NCBI GenBank assembly: GCA_963707985.1
Contig: CAVPRW010000010.1
Span: forward strand, 224,001-288,000
Length of the DNA stretch: 64,000 nt
DNA from: an uncultured Nitrospinota bacterium
Lineage (GTDB): Bacteria; Tectomicrobia; Entotheonellia; J063; CAVPRW01
Reading direction: 5' to 3'
Shown: one piece after another, positions 20,587 to 31,720 of the stretch
Layout: each line of letters opens with the position of its first letter
Numbering within the stretch: the stretch's first letter is position 1
The notes under the pieces: generated by a model
Databases searched by the model: none
What the model was told of the DNA's origin: nothing
Seen by the model: the letters and a program-made list of their open reading frames with translations, nothing else
Made by a program: the position numbers and the translations under genes

Positions 20587-20994
20587 CTACGGCTCTTTGG
20601 TGAAACCTGCTTGGACAAAGTGCTGGTCGAAGGCAAAGGCCGTCCGGATACCCAGCTTCTGCATGACGAGAAAGGAGATACAATCTGTGAGGGAATAATC
20701 TTTGTCTTGATGGCGCTGGAAATATGCCCACCCTTCGTAAAATAACGCCGTTTCGACATGGATGAATTGTACGGATGGACTCTGCAACAGATTGTTCCCC
20801 AGTTGGAGGGCCTTCGCATGCTGTCCCCGACTGTTAAAGAACGTCACGACTTCATCGAAGACGTAGGAGGTCGTGACGAGACGTGGCAGCGCCGCCACGA
20901 TACTCTGCCAGTGTTGCATGGCCGCGTGATGATGCTGGTCATTGATAATTTCCAGCGCGAACAGATAGCCCGTGTCGGCAAACACCGTATTCAT
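20587..20994 (-). CDS. vapC: VapC/PIN toxin
   Basis: VFADTG, VFDEV, SLTDCISF, FDQHF. Confidence 0.9.
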   Translation of the reverse strand: MNTVFADTGYLFALEIINDQHHHAAMQHWQSIVAALPRLVTTSYVFDEVVTFFNSRGQHAKALQLGNNLLQSPSVQFIHVETALFYEGWAYFQRHQDKDYSLTDCISFLVMQKLGIRTAFAFDQHFVQAGFTKEP

Positions 20995-21200
20995 TGATTG
21001 TAGAGATACCGATCATGGTTGAGCGAGGCATCCTCCACATCGAGGAGGAGCGGCTGGTTGCCAAGGTTCAGGATGGGGTCATCCGCAGGCACCGGCATGA
21101 CAATGATCATGTTTTGCGTTTTCTGGATTTCTACCTCGTCAATGTCTTCGAGCCACCCTTTGGGGATGAGGACACCGTTTTCTGTCACTTTTGTTCTCAT
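20991..21200 (-). CDS. AbrB/VapB-like antitoxin
   Basis: MRTKVTENGVLIPK; ATGA overlap with vapC; GGAG RBS. Confidence 0.75.
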   Translation of the reverse strand: MRTKVTENGVLIPKGWLEDIDEVEIQKTQNMIIVMPVPADDPILNLGNQPLLLDVEDASLNHDRYLYNQ

Positions 21201-21339
21201 AGCACGCTCCTGGATCGGGGATTTCGAGGCATCAATAATACCATACAAAACAGTGGGGAGACGGCTGCTATCAGTGGGGCACCCTACAGGGTATGCGACA
21301 TGACCCCCTGGCTTCTGAGTATGCTGGTAGTTTTTCCTC

Positions 21340-21392
21340 CGCGCCTTTGGCGCCGGACGCTGGAGGCAGTCGGCTGACGCCCAGCGTTCGGC
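21340..21392 (-). other. partial attC (one arm only)
   Basis: GTCGGCTGACGCCCAGC-GTTCGGC just downstream of the hydrolase gene; the complementary core was not found. Confidence 0.4.
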
Positions 21393-21448
21393 GCAGCGTA
21401 CCGACTGCCATCGTGCCTCCCCTTTGTTTTTCCTCTGCCGGCAGCACG

Positions 21449-22207
21449 TCAGTGAGACACAGGTCCCAAAAACTTCGTGATGTACGGCAGCACGAGATTA
21501 CTGCGTGCCATGGCCTCCGCGTGTGAGAGGTCAGGCAAGGAAAAGAACGTGACATTGGGCATCTGTTTCACACACTCCCTGACGGCAGGGTACACAGGGT
21601 CCGCTTCGCCAGCAAAGAACAGGCACGGCATGGTCATCGTCGGGAGGACCGCCTCCAGACTCGACCGGTCCTGCGCCACTGCCAGAAGAGCCTCCAGGTC
21701 GTTGGCGAGTGCCCGGGCTTTGCGCCGCGCAGTCATAGGCCCATACAGCTCCTCCAAGCCTGCCACAAAGGCTTCCTTCCCTTGTTCGAGGGCCTTCCGT
21801 AAGGCCTGACGTTGATGATCCATACTGCGTGCATAGGGGTGTGCACCACCGATGATCAAAGCATGGAACTGCTTGGGGGCGTACTGCGCCAGGCCAAACC
21901 CGATCCATCCACCCATCGAATAGCCAAAGAAATAGGCGTGTGCGATGTGCAGATGATCCAGGACCGCGACAATGTCGCCCGCCCGGCATTGCAGCCCATA
22001 GGCTTCGGGATCATGGGGCTTATCGCTCGCACCGTGCCCCCGTGCATCGATGAGGATAAGCTGGTAGTCGTGCTGCAGCGCGTGTACATAGCCCGCATCG
22101 TACCAGCTTTCCAGGCTATTGGAAAACCCATGCTGGAGCACCAGCGGGGGCCCCTCCCCTTCGATTTGGTAATGGATTCGGACGTTTTGATTGATGACAT
22201 AGGGCAT
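21449..22207 (-). CDS. alpha/beta hydrolase
   Basis: VLQHG, DARGHG, GYSMGG, GEAD, LSH; GAGG RBS. Confidence 0.9.
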   Translation of the reverse strand: MPYVINQNVRIHYQIEGEGPPLVLQHGFSNSLESWYDAGYVHALQHDYQLILIDARGHGASDKPHDPEAYGLQCRAGDIVAVLDHLHIAHAYFFGYSMGGWIGFGLAQYAPKQFHALIIGGAHPYARSMDHQRQALRKALEQGKEAFVAGLEELYGPMTARRKARALANDLEALLAVAQDRSSLEAVLPTMTMPCLFFAGEADPVYPAVRECVKQMPNVTFFSLPDLSHAEAMARSNLVLPYITKFLGPVSH

Positions 22208-23462
22208 GGCAGTTTCCTCCTTATTGAAGCAATATACACAGCAATGCTCGCTTCTCTTACCGCGAACACCAAACACGGAGCCGAACCAGTGATTCAACCG
22301 TTTTCTGTATAACACTCCGGATCACGGTTCGCGCATTGTTTGCGACAGTTTCTAATATTTGGGCAAAAATTTAAAAATACAGTACTTTTGAAGTTGGGCT
22401 GTCCGTCGGAATGTTGCTGGGCCGGAGCCGTTGACTTATTCCTCTGCCGGCGAGTTGCCGTGAGGCTGAACAAGAGTTCGTAAAATCGAGCAGTTAGAAG
22501 GAATGTTTGAAACTGGATTAAAATGGGGTAACTAAAAGCTTAAATCTTGTACCATAGGTTAAACCTTTTGGGGTTCGCATTTCTTGGATGTCCCCTTTCG
22601 CTGTAACGCGTCACGATCAAGCTGTCACGATCGCGTCTCAATGGACAAGGCATTGATTTCGCAAGGTTTCAGAAAAACCCTCCCTGCGGGAAAGGGCAAA
22701 AATGCAAAATTATAGTACACACAGATCAAAAAAAGCAGAACAATCGTTGACATCCAAAGTATGCTGTATGATATGCGTACTGTAAGAATATCCATCAGTT
22801 GGATAAGGACGGCGGAGGCGTAGCCCATGAGCGCGTTTCCGGACACTGATACGAGAGACGCCGAGATCCTCGCGGCCAGGCGGGTTCCACGTAAACCATG
22901 GTGGAACGACCAAACATGGGTGCGGTTCTCCCTGCATTGTGGCCATACGTACCGCCACCATCCCGCCGATGCCACGAGCCTTCAGTTGTCTATAGGGAAA
23001 GCTGGCTTCGAAAGGCCAAACGGCCGAACAGCGGGCCCAGGCACCATGCGCGGTTGAATATGACTCCATGTGCTTGTCGCCGCAGTTGCGATCGGTGCGA
23101 GACGACGACGCGGTCGCACCGACCGCGCCGAGAGGCGGAGCAGATGGTCTCGCGGCAAGGAAGCCGGAGCGTGTCATTGGGCCATCTCGCCTGCTGGAGG
23201 AGCACGCGCATGTCCTCGTTCAGGCCAATCAGGCCAATGGTGCGAGTGAACAGACGAACGTGGCCTGGGGAGCGGTGGAAGCAAAGTTGAAAGACGACAT
23301 CATGCGTCGCCATTCTTCGCCTAAGACGCTACTTGCGTCTGCAGGATAGATGAAAAAGTACTGGGGTTTCATGCTCAAGACCCATGCTGTGGAGGTGACG
23401 GGTGCGGAGGCCAAGCGGTTGTTGGTCGATCTGGCCTTCAGGAGACGGGTGTCAGCTGCGGC

Positions 23463-23550
23463 GCAAAACGCCCGCGGTGAGCCGCGCCCAATGGCCGGAG
23501 CAAGGCATGAGCGGAGGCTCTTGGGCGTCGGCTCCACTACGATGTTAGCC
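23463..23550 (-). other. attC site (degenerate core)
   Basis: GCAAAAC-GCCCGCGGTGAGCCGCGCCCAA ... TTGGGCGTCGGCTCCACTACGAT-GTTAGCC. Confidence 0.7.
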
Positions 23551-24125
23551 GGCTTTTGTCGGTTCAAGTTGAAAACCGTTTTGAGAAAACTCTTCACCGA
23601 CTCTGTAGCGGCATGAGCTGCGGGGGTATCTGCGCCCACATGGGGGTTCAGTTCCACGCAAGCGTCCTTATAGGTAAAGGGTAGCTTCGTAGCCGCATTG
23701 ATCAACCTCCCCGTTGACTCCTCACGAATTGTGTAGTGACGAACGGTCTGGGCGCTTTCGGCGATCGTTGGTGTCGGACTGCCAAGAGGACTGTCAAACC
23801 CGTGCGGCGCATTCGGATACTCCGTGAGTTGGACGTCGTGCCCGGCACCACGCAGTCGCTCGACATATGCCTTGCAGGGTGCTACTGGATCGTAGTCGTC
23901 TGGACTGCCATGGAATAGGCGGATCGGTCGGTCTGCGACATCCATCTCGGACAGATATGTGGTCATGCAGTCCGGGTAGAAAGGAATGTAGGCGGTAAAA
24001 TCGATGGCTGATGCGTTCCAGGTCTGGTGGAATCTCCTTAAGCTAGCGTAGAGAGCCGCTTGCCCACCTCGAGAGAATCCCATGAGGACGATCCGTGATG
24101 TATCCACCCGAGAGTGCTTAGCGAT
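23551..24125 (-). pseudogene. dienelactone hydrolase-family gene, 5'-truncated; frame runs through the attC
   Basis: AKHSRVDTSRIVLMGFSRGG, HGSPDD, HGFD; N-terminal third is missing. Confidence 0.75.
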
Positions 24126-24132
24126 GGATCAC

Positions 24133-24711
24133 TCAAGCAGAGGGAGAGGCCGGTGGTGCGACCCCCAATAAAGCAGCTAAATTGATGACGAGGCTGGGAA
24201 AGAGTTGCGGCCGGAATTCCTCTCCCGCTGCGACGCTCGCCATGCGAAGATAGCCCTGTGGGGTGGCGTGATATTCCTCGATGGCTAGGGTATTCGAATC
24301 AATGATCCAGTACCAGGTCACACTGTTGGCATAGTAGACCCGAAATTTATGCACTCGATCGCGCGCTGGCATACTGGAGGTCACTTCGACAACCAAGTCG
24401 GGGGAGCCGTGGATTTTGCGGTCTGTTGGATTCAGCAAGGGCAGATGCTCTGTGGCAAGATAGGCGAGATCGGGGATGTAGCCACGTCCATCAGGCAGAA
24501 ATACATCTACTTCCATGACAACTCTCCCCAACTGGTGCTGTCGTACAAACTGCCGGAGTAGATGCGAGAGCTCACTGACGATATCCTGATGTTCGGGTGT
24601 GGGCAAGGCAACCAAGATCAATTCTCCTTCCTCGTACTCGTAATACGGCGGTCCTTCGGGGAGAGCACGAAACTCTTCCATGGTCATCTGCTGCATACCT
24701 GTCGTGGCCAT
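24133..24711 (-). CDS. Uma2/DUF820-family endonuclease
   Basis: EYEEGEL, IPDLAY, PDLVVEVTS, YWIID. Confidence 0.9.
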   Translation of the reverse strand: MATTGMQQMTMEEFRALPEGPPYYEYEEGELILVALPTPEHQDIVSELSHLLRQFVRQHQLGRVVMEVDVFLPDGRGYIPDLAYLATEHLPLLNPTDRKIHGSPDLVVEVTSSMPARDRVHKFRVYYANSVTWYWIIDSNTLAIEEYHATPQGYLRMASVAAGEEFRPQLFPSLVINLAALLGVAPPASPSA

Positions 24712-24734
24712 TGACTCGTCCTCCAAAAAATTTG

Positions 24735-25907
24735 CTATATCTGCGGATCGGAGATCAGATCACCGGTCGCAAAGCGTCCCAGGCGGTAGGGCGTGGCATC
24801 TAAAGTCTCATAGCGCCCTAGGCGGATCGCTTCCGAGAGTACTTTGCCGCTGGCCGGAGCTAGCATGACCCCATGTCCGCTGAAGCCTGTTGCCATATAG
24901 AGCCCTGGAAGCTCAGGGTGCGGCCCGAGAATGGGATTTTCATCGGGCGTCACGGCATAGTGGCCGGCCCAGCCGCGTTGTAACTGCACGTCGCCACTGC
25001 CTGGGAGCCGTCGTCGCAGGGTGGGTAAAATATGTGATTCAAACTGCGCCGCTTCCCAGTCGAAGTTGAAGCCTGGTGGCTCATCACGGATGATGTAGGA
25101 CAGGAGCAGGTGATTCTCGGTTTCGGTATCATGGCGAAAATGCACATCGCTGCGATCGATGACCATCGGCAGCTTATAGCCGAGTGCCTTTGGCAGCGTT
25201 ACATAACACGCTTGACGCCGCACCGGCTGCACTGGCAAGCTGATTCCGGCTAACCCGGCGACATGCTGAGCCCAGGCTCCCGATACGATCACCAACGCCT
25301 GGGTGGAGATCTCTCCGCTATCGCGTGTCTGCACCGCGAACGTTTGTCCAGTGGCCGGTGTGAAGCCGATCACCTCGTCCTGAAGCCAGGTGCAGTTCAG
25401 TTCCCGCGAGCGCTCAACAAACCCCTGCAATGCCCCACGCGGGTTGAGGTAGCCGTCACGCTGGCTGAACAGGGCATAGGATACATCCCCGACGTACAGG
25501 TCTGGGAATAACTCATGAACCTGCCCTGGCGGCAGCATCTCGACTTCCACCCCCAGTTGGCGCTGCACTTCATAGCGGCGGAACCAGGCGTCCCGGTTCT
25601 GGTCGTCCAGCAATAGCAAATAGCCGCGCTGGTGAAAATGTGCTTGCGCTCGTCCCCATGCTCCTGACATCACCGCATCGAAACGCTCGTAGAATTGCAG
25701 GCTATAGCGCGCTAGCTGAATGTTACAGGGAACGCCATACAGTTGTCGGACGCCGCCCAGGCTCATAGGGGTGGCGGCGCGGGCATAGGTGGTGTCGCGC
25801 TCAATGACCAGAATGCGGCCGGTGAAGCCATCCTGACGCAAGTGGTACGCGATGCTAGCCCCAATAATGCCGCCGCCGATCAACACCACATCTGCTGTTT
25901 GCACCAT
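24735..25907 (-). CDS. FAD-dependent oxidoreductase (DAO/sarcosine oxidase beta-like)
   Basis: IGGGIIG, WAGHYAVTPD, GFSGHG. Confidence 0.9.
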   Translation of the reverse strand: MVQTADVVLIGGGIIGASIAYHLRQDGFTGRILVIERDTTYARAATPMSLGGVRQLYGVPCNIQLARYSLQFYERFDAVMSGAWGRAQAHFHQRGYLLLLDDQNRDAWFRRYEVQRQLGVEVEMLPPGQVHELFPDLYVGDVSYALFSQRDGYLNPRGALQGFVERSRELNCTWLQDEVIGFTPATGQTFAVQTRDSGEISTQALVIVSGAWAQHVAGLAGISLPVQPVRRQACYVTLPKALGYKLPMVIDRSDVHFRHDTETENHLLLSYIIRDEPPGFNFDWEAAQFESHILPTLRRRLPGSGDVQLQRGWAGHYAVTPDENPILGPHPELPGLYMATGFSGHGVMLAPASGKVLSEAIRLGRYETLDATPYRLGRFATGDLISDPQI

Positions 25908-26014
25908 GGATGACGGTCTCCTCAATAGTCCACGTCTCCTTTCCCTGCCGACAGCCTCCGAGACTCAGCTATGGCTGGGGAGAACAAGAGAGAGCTGGAG
26001 AGTGCGACATTATA

Positions 26015-26977
26015 TCATGGATGCCGGACTGGCAATGGGGACGATGGCATGCAGGGTATAGAGCGGGCGTAGGCATGGAGGAAGGGCCCTTCCTGAGCCG
26101 CGAGTTGGCCAATGAAACGCTCTTCCGCCTGGACATTGAAATCCTTGGCGAGGGTTGCAGCGTTGGACATCTGGGTGCGGTAGAAGCCCCAGGCAAAGAA
26201 CGCACCGATGCCAGCGGCGCCTTCCAGTCCGGCTCCGACGCCCCCGATGGTGCCCGCGATGAGCGCGCCATGGAGCCCCAGCCCGATCAAGCCGTCGAGT
26301 GTATGGCCGGTATAGATTTGTCCGGTGCCGGGGAGTATCGTGGAGAGCATCCTGGCGACGGAGGGAGATCGATGCGGTAGTTCGGGAGGGATGACCAATG
26401 CGGCGGCCAAGCGTTCGCCGGATGCATGGTAAGGGCTGGCAGCGTCCACCTGTGCAAAGGCGTCGCGCGCCTCAGTCCATCGCCGTTGCCGCACGTAACT
26501 CCAGCCCATCAGGTAGGCGGCGCGCTGTGCGATGAGGCTTCCGGGGTACTGGCGCCTCAGCTCGTGGAACAGGCGAATGGCCTCCATTCGATCGCCCCCG
26601 CGGGCATGTGTCTCCGCCATCCACAGAGTGGCTTCTGCCCGCATCGCATCATCTGGCACCGTCTGCGCGATCCGGCGGAACACCTCAAATGCCTGCAGCC
26701 AACGCTCCCCGCAGAAAAATGCTAGGCCAATCGCCAGTTGGGCCTCCAGAGCCAACGGATGTTCCGGTTGAAAAAAGAGGAAGCGCTGGAACTCACCGAT
26801 GGCGCGATAATATTCCCCGGCGGCGAAGAGCGAGTGGGCAAACGCAAAGACCGGTGGCCGGGGAACAGTTGAGGTCGGGTGGGATAGAACGCGTGGTAAG
26901 GCGGGAACCAGCGCAGTGGGGAAGCTTAACCACAGCCCCCACAGACAGCAGAAGACGAGCCGCAACATATGCCCCAC
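26015..26977 (-). CDS. TPR-repeat envelope protein with a C-terminal hydrophobic segment
   Basis: Signal-like N-terminus, TPR-like helices, LSTILPGTGQIYTG. Confidence 0.75.
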   Translation of the reverse strand: MGHMLRLVFCCLWGLWLSFPTALVPALPRVLSHPTSTVPRPPVFAFAHSLFAAGEYYRAIGEFQRFLFFQPEHPLALEAQLAIGLAFFCGERWLQAFEVFRRIAQTVPDDAMRAEATLWMAETHARGGDRMEAIRLFHELRRQYPGSLIAQRAAYLMGWSYVRQRRWTEARDAFAQVDAASPYHASGERLAAALVIPPELPHRSPSVARMLSTILPGTGQIYTGHTLDGLIGLGLHGALIAGTIGGVGAGLEGAAGIGAFFAWGFYRTQMSNAATLAKDFNVQAEERFIGQLAAQEGPFLHAYARSIPCMPSSPLPVRHP

Positions 26978-26986
26978 GCCAGCTCC

Positions 26987-27424
26987 TCAGTCAGCGTCCT
27001 GGGCCCACCAGAAATCGTTGGCTTCAACCGGGTCGTAGGAACGCTGGATGCCATATTTGACGATGTGGGGGGCGCGCTGCTGCTCATCCCATTCGTGCAA
27101 CAAGCGGTCGGTCGTCATCATGATGCCGATCAGCATACCGTGCTTAGCGACGGCTTGGCCGAGAAACCCTGAAGCCGTCGGATACATTACCGAGCGGGGT
27201 CCATCGGCCCTGGTCAGCACCTGGTGCCAGGCCGTCAGCGCACCACGGACAGCCAGCCCCGGCACAGAGGTCTCGGGCTCGTTTGCACGCATAGCCTCTA
27301 CCGTGGGCCGAGGCCATGGGCCGCGGAGCTTATCGGTGGCTGCTGCCAGGCCCACCAGGCCGCATGTTACCAGCACAGTGACCCAGATTGACACGACCCA
27401 AGCTGGCTTGGCGTTCTTCGGCAT
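26987..27424 (-). CDS. YidD-like protein
   Basis: YPTASGFLGQAVAKHG..G...TTDRLL...DPV; the usual cysteines are absent. Confidence 0.65.
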   Translation of the reverse strand: MPKNAKPAWVVSIWVTVLVTCGLVGLAAATDKLRGPWPRPTVEAMRANEPETSVPGLAVRGALTAWHQVLTRADGPRSVMYPTASGFLGQAVAKHGMLIGIMMTTDRLLHEWDEQQRAPHIVKYGIQRSYDPVEANDFWWAQDAD

Positions 27425-27489
27425 GCGTCATCGACTCCGGCTCGCGCCTACCCGCCGCCACTCCGACGGGAAAGGGACTACCGCTTTTG

Positions 27490-29553
27490 CTACTTGAGCA
27501 ACTCCGCCAGAGCCACGGGAGTTGTGGTCGGCATGGAGCAGGCGAAATTGTGGCAGACGTAGGCGGTAGCCTTCCCCTCCACTTGCGTCATCTCGTCTAC
27601 GGGCAAATGTGCGAAGGCGTCGGCAGGGCCTCCCGTGGGATCGATCGCCAGCAGGATCTTATTGGGCAGATACGATTCGTGCACCAGACGCAGCAACGAC
27701 TGTGTATCGGCCTGATTGCCGCGACCGATGATGACGATTTCCTTGGGGGTCTCCAGGTAGAAGTCCAGGGCGCAGAGCATCTGGCCGAAACTGAACGGTT
27801 CGTCTTCCATCCTATCACGGAACAGACGCAAGGTCTGCTCTCCCTTCTGGAGCAACTCTTCTTCGCCGGTGTAATAATACAACCGCAAGAGGTTGAGAGT
27901 CGCGACCGAATTTCCACCGGGGACGGCATGATCGAAGGGGTCTTTGGGGCGATGGATGAGCGCTTCATGGTCAGGCCCGGTCAGGAAAAATCCGCCCTGC
28001 ACCTCATCCCAGAAATTGGCCAGCGTGGCGCGATTGAACTCCTCAGCCAGCGTCAAGAACCGTTGTTCACCGGTCGACTCGAAGGCGTCAAGCAGACAGG
28101 CAACAAAGCAGGCATGATCGTCAAGGTAGCCAGCCAGCTTGGCCTGCCCATCCTTGAAGCTATGGAGCAGACGGCCATCGCGCACCAGATGCGACAGCAG
28201 GAACTCGATCGACCGCACGGCATCCTGCTTCACCTGGTCATCTTCAAGCAGGTTGGCGGCATCGAAAAAGGCCGAGATCATCAACCCATTCCAGGCCACG
28301 ATCACCTTTTCATCCCGAAATGGCTTGATTCGTTCCTCGCGCGCGCTGAAGAGCCGCTGACGGGCCTCGTCGAGCAGGCGCTCGACGGCGGCTGCTTTCT
28401 CACCGAATTCCTGCGCCACCCAATCGGCTGCTACAGCACGATGCAGAATGCTCTTGCCATGCTCGAAATTGCCCTGTTCATCCACGCCATAGGCTCGACA
28501 AAAGACCTCGCCGATCTCAGGCCCGACCACCGCCGCGACCTCTTCCGGGGTCCAGACGAAAAACTTCCCCTCCTCCCCCTCACTGTCGGCATCCTGAGTG
28601 GCGTAGAAGCCTCCCGCGGACTGGAGCATCTCGCGCTGGACGTACCCCACGGTTTCCTGCACCACGCGCCGGTAGAATGGATTCTTGGTGATACGGTATG
28701 CATCAGCGTACAGGCGAATGAGCTGGGCATTGTCGTACAACATTTTCTCGAAATGTGGGACCAACCAGTGGGCATCGACTGAGTAGCGATGGAATCCGCC
28801 GCCGAGTTGATCGTAAATTCCCCCTTGTGCCATCTTCTCCAGGCCTAACAAGGCCATGCGCAGGTAGGGCTCGTTCCCTGTCGCCCGCCAATAGCGTAGG
28901 AATACTGCCAGGAGCATGGGGTTGGGGAATTTGGGTTGCGTGCCGAAGCCACCATAGGTTTCATCGAAGGAATTGTTCAGTTTGCGCGCCGCGTTCTCGA
29001 TGACGGTCTTACCGAGGGGAAGGGCAGACGCACGGAACGTCGACAATCCGTCGAGTCCCTGCAACACCCGCTCCGTCGTCTGGCGGATCTCGGCTTTATG
29101 TTCACGATAGTATTGGGCCACCGCCTCGATGACCTTGGGGAACCCTGGACGGCCGAATCGATCATCGGGGGGATAATATGTTCCACCGTAAAAAGGCTCT
29201 CGGTCAGGTGTGAGGAACATCGTCAGCGGCCACCCGCCACCAACTCCAAACATCTGTACGACATACTGGTAGATCTGGTCCAGATCCGGGCGCTCCTCGC
29301 GGTCGACCTTGATATTCACAAAGTTCTGATTCATGAGCTCAGCGATGGGCGCGTTTTCAAACGATTCATGCTCCATGACATGGCACCAATGGCAGGCTGA
29401 ATAGCCGATGCTGAGCAAAATGGGTTTATCCTCTGCTTTGGCTTTCGCCAGGGCTTCTTCACCCCATCCATACCAATTCACCGGATTATGGGCATGTTGG
29501 AGGAGGTACGGGCTGGTCTCATGAATCAGGTGGTTGGTATAGCGATGGTCCAT
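27490..29553 (-). CDS. thioredoxin-domain protein, YyaL/DUF255 family
   Basis: [40 protein letters not shown]. Confidence 0.95.
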   Translation of the reverse strand: MDHRYTNHLIHETSPYLLQHAHNPVNWYGWGEEALAKAKAEDKPILLSIGYSACHWCHVMEHESFENAPIAELMNQNFVNIKVDREERPDLDQIYQYVVQMFGVGGGWPLTMFLTPDREPFYGGTYYPPDDRFGRPGFPKVIEAVAQYYREHKAEIRQTTERVLQGLDGLSTFRASALPLGKTVIENAARKLNNSFDETYGGFGTQPKFPNPMLLAVFLRYWRATGNEPYLRMALLGLEKMAQGGIYDQLGGGFHRYSVDAHWLVPHFEKMLYDNAQLIRLYADAYRITKNPFYRRVVQETVGYVQREMLQSAGGFYATQDADSEGEEGKFFVWTPEEVAAVVGPEIGEVFCRAYGVDEQGNFEHGKSILHRAVAADWVAQEFGEKAAAVERLLDEARQRLFSAREERIKPFRDEKVIVAWNGLMISAFFDAANLLEDDQVKQDAVRSIEFLLSHLVRDGRLLHSFKDGQAKLAGYLDDHACFVACLLDAFESTGEQRFLTLAEEFNRATLANFWDEVQGGFFLTGPDHEALIHRPKDPFDHAVPGGNSVATLNLLRLYYYTGEEELLQKGEQTLRLFRDRMEDEPFSFGQMLCALDFYLETPKEIVIIGRGNQADTQSLLRLVHESYLPNKILLAIDPTGGPADAFAHLPVDEMTQVEGKATAYVCHNFACSMPTTTPVALAELLK

Positions 29554-29808
29554 TGGCTCGCTCACTTTCCGTCTGTACACGACCTTGGCGATGGGGGGAG
29601 ACGAGCGCAGTAGGAGCCTGCGCCTGTTGTCCTCATACTGTACAGTACCATACTGCCATGAGAACCTCAATCGTCTTTGGAAAATTAGTCATATATTTCA
29701 AAAATATACACGAATCAAAACCAATATGCAGGTGGGATCGGTGGTTGAGATGAAGAGGTGGCCGGAGGCGTGGCTTGGCCATATTTTCCAGACAGCCCGT
29801 GGCTGTGA

Positions 29809-30894
29809 CTATCGGCCTGCCCGAAATCGGTACCGCTCCTGCACATAACTTCCCAGTTCCTGACACCAGAGCGGCACATGGGACAGGGCCAACCCCAGTT
29901 GAAGGGGGAGTCTTGGAAATTCGTTCAAAGGTGCGCCCAGGGCCACTGTTGCGGCGATGGGCATATCCCAGCGTTCACGGGCTTCCCCAAGCATCTGCAG
30001 CGGATGACGCCAATGGCAGGCCATATAGTGTACGACTCTCCTGCGCTCACCGGCTCCGAGGCAGCGATCCCATTGCCGTAAGACGGCTGGGATGAGCCAG
30101 CGGGGTAAGTGGTTGGCGTGATCGGCAACCGGGGTGTTTTCGATATCGGCAGCCAGGAGCTGGTGCGCTAGCCCTAGTGTGCAGGCCACCCAACCGGCGT
30201 GGCGGCTATTCCCTCCCAGGCAACGGTCCCAATCGAAGTCCGGCGGCCGAGATTCCAGCGCCGCGGCGATATCACAGAGCCACAGCGGGCGCCAGGCATT
30301 GTGGCGCAGGAAATGGCGGATTAAGACGACCAGATGGTCCTCGGCGGCCAGGATACGGATATCGACGTCGTTGAGACGAGCGGTTTGTGAGCGTGCGTAG
30401 AGAACGTCGAGACTTTGGCCACACATCCACCTTAGGCCGCGATGCAGGTCCACGGGGCATTCGCCACCATTGCCCTCGTTGAGCACGGTCAGGGCCGCAC
30501 CGTGTTGTTCGGGGCGCACGACGATATCAAGATCGCCAAACGGACGCAGGCCGGACTCCGGATAAAGCCGGGCCACGGCCCAGCCTTTGATCAAGAGCGG
30601 TTCCACCCCGGCGGCGCGCAGCGCGCCGAAAAGCTGTTGCAGCACCTGCTCACGTACGGTTGTGCGAATGGTGTGCAAACGATAGGCTTGCTGCAGGGTG
30701 CGGGCCGCGGCGGATGTCCGCAGACGGCTGTGTCGAACACGGTGCCAACCGAGCGCCCCTCCTCCCGATCGCAGCAGCAGCGGGGTAACCTGTTGTAACT
30801 CGCCCTCGGATGTAGCCAGGGGAGGAGGGTTATGACGCCAAATTCCCCTCAGCAGTGAGGCCAGGACACTACCGGGGGACGTTACTATACTCAT
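29809..30894 (-). CDS. nucleotidyltransferase (NTP_transf_5-like)
   Basis: LLIKG, RPFGDLDIVV, VDLH, WLCDIA. Confidence 0.85.
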   Translation of the reverse strand: MSIVTSPGSVLASLLRGIWRHNPPPLATSEGELQQVTPLLLRSGGGALGWHRVRHSRLRTSAAARTLQQAYRLHTIRTTVREQVLQQLFGALRAAGVEPLLIKGWAVARLYPESGLRPFGDLDIVVRPEQHGAALTVLNEGNGGECPVDLHRGLRWMCGQSLDVLYARSQTARLNDVDIRILAAEDHLVVLIRHFLRHNAWRPLWLCDIAAALESRPPDFDWDRCLGGNSRHAGWVACTLGLAHQLLAADIENTPVADHANHLPRWLIPAVLRQWDRCLGAGERRRVVHYMACHWRHPLQMLGEARERWDMPIAATVALGAPLNEFPRLPLQLGLALSHVPLWCQELGSYVQERYRFRAGR

Positions 30895-31720
30895 AGGACT
30901 TCTCCAGATATTTCAGGAGCCGTGGGGCGACTGCGCTGGCCTCGCCACGTCCACCCTTGAGGATGATGGCGTTGGCGGCGACCCGCTGCAGGATAACCAG
31001 AACATCGGCGGGTTGGCGGCGCGCCGACACCGTATTCGCCAACAAGGCTAACACCCCGTGCCCAGGGGAGAGACGTCGCGGTCGCCAGCTGGCCCCAGCC
31101 TTGTAATGGCTAACCACTACAAGACCGATGGGCAGGGGCGTGGAGCCCGTACTGCCACTCAGCGTCTCTGCGGGGTGCCGAATCGCCCTCCCTCCGGGAT
31201 CCGCACGCAGGGACAACGGCTTGAGATATGGATGTACTCGTCCCTGCTCATCCAACACGGCATATTCATCCGAATAATAGGTCGCACCGGCAGTTACCAA
31301 GGCTGCGACCAGTGTACTTTTGCCGCTGTGGCTCCGCCCTGGGATGAGGACGGCCTTCCCTCGCCAGCCGACCACACCGGCGTGTACGAACCGCCGACGG
31401 GGTGCGGCTTCAGCCACATGCAGATGGACATGCGCTTCAAGGGCGTCGAAAACCTCCTCAAGATCGAGTGATCGCGCCACACGCAGCGCATTCGCATACA
31501 GTAAGTGGAAACGACGCACTGCCGCCCTTGCTCCAGCTCCCCCTACGACCAACGAATAGAGGATATCCACCTGGGGGGAGGAGGCGGGTTTCCATGCCGG
31601 CGGCAGATAGATTCCAACTCGTTTCAGCACATCGGTCTCGCTCACTCGGATCCCGACGCGCACCCCATAGGCGGTAAAGGCCCGTCCAGCCGCCCAGCCC
31701 AGGCGGTCGATTTTCTCCAT
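30869..31720 (-). CDS. HPr kinase-like P-loop protein
   Basis: FVHAGVV, GRSHSGKST, YYSDE. Confidence 0.85.
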   Translation of the reverse strand: MEKIDRLGWAAGRAFTAYGVRVGIRVSETDVLKRVGIYLPPAWKPASSPQVDILYSLVVGGAGARAAVRRFHLLYANALRVARSLDLEEVFDALEAHVHLHVAEAAPRRRFVHAGVVGWRGKAVLIPGRSHSGKSTLVAALVTAGATYYSDEYAVLDEQGRVHPYLKPLSLRADPGGRAIRHPAETLSGSTGSTPLPIGLVVVSHYKAGASWRPRRLSPGHGVLALLANTVSARRQPADVLVILQRVAANAIILKGGRGEASAVAPRLLKYLEKSYEYSNVPR

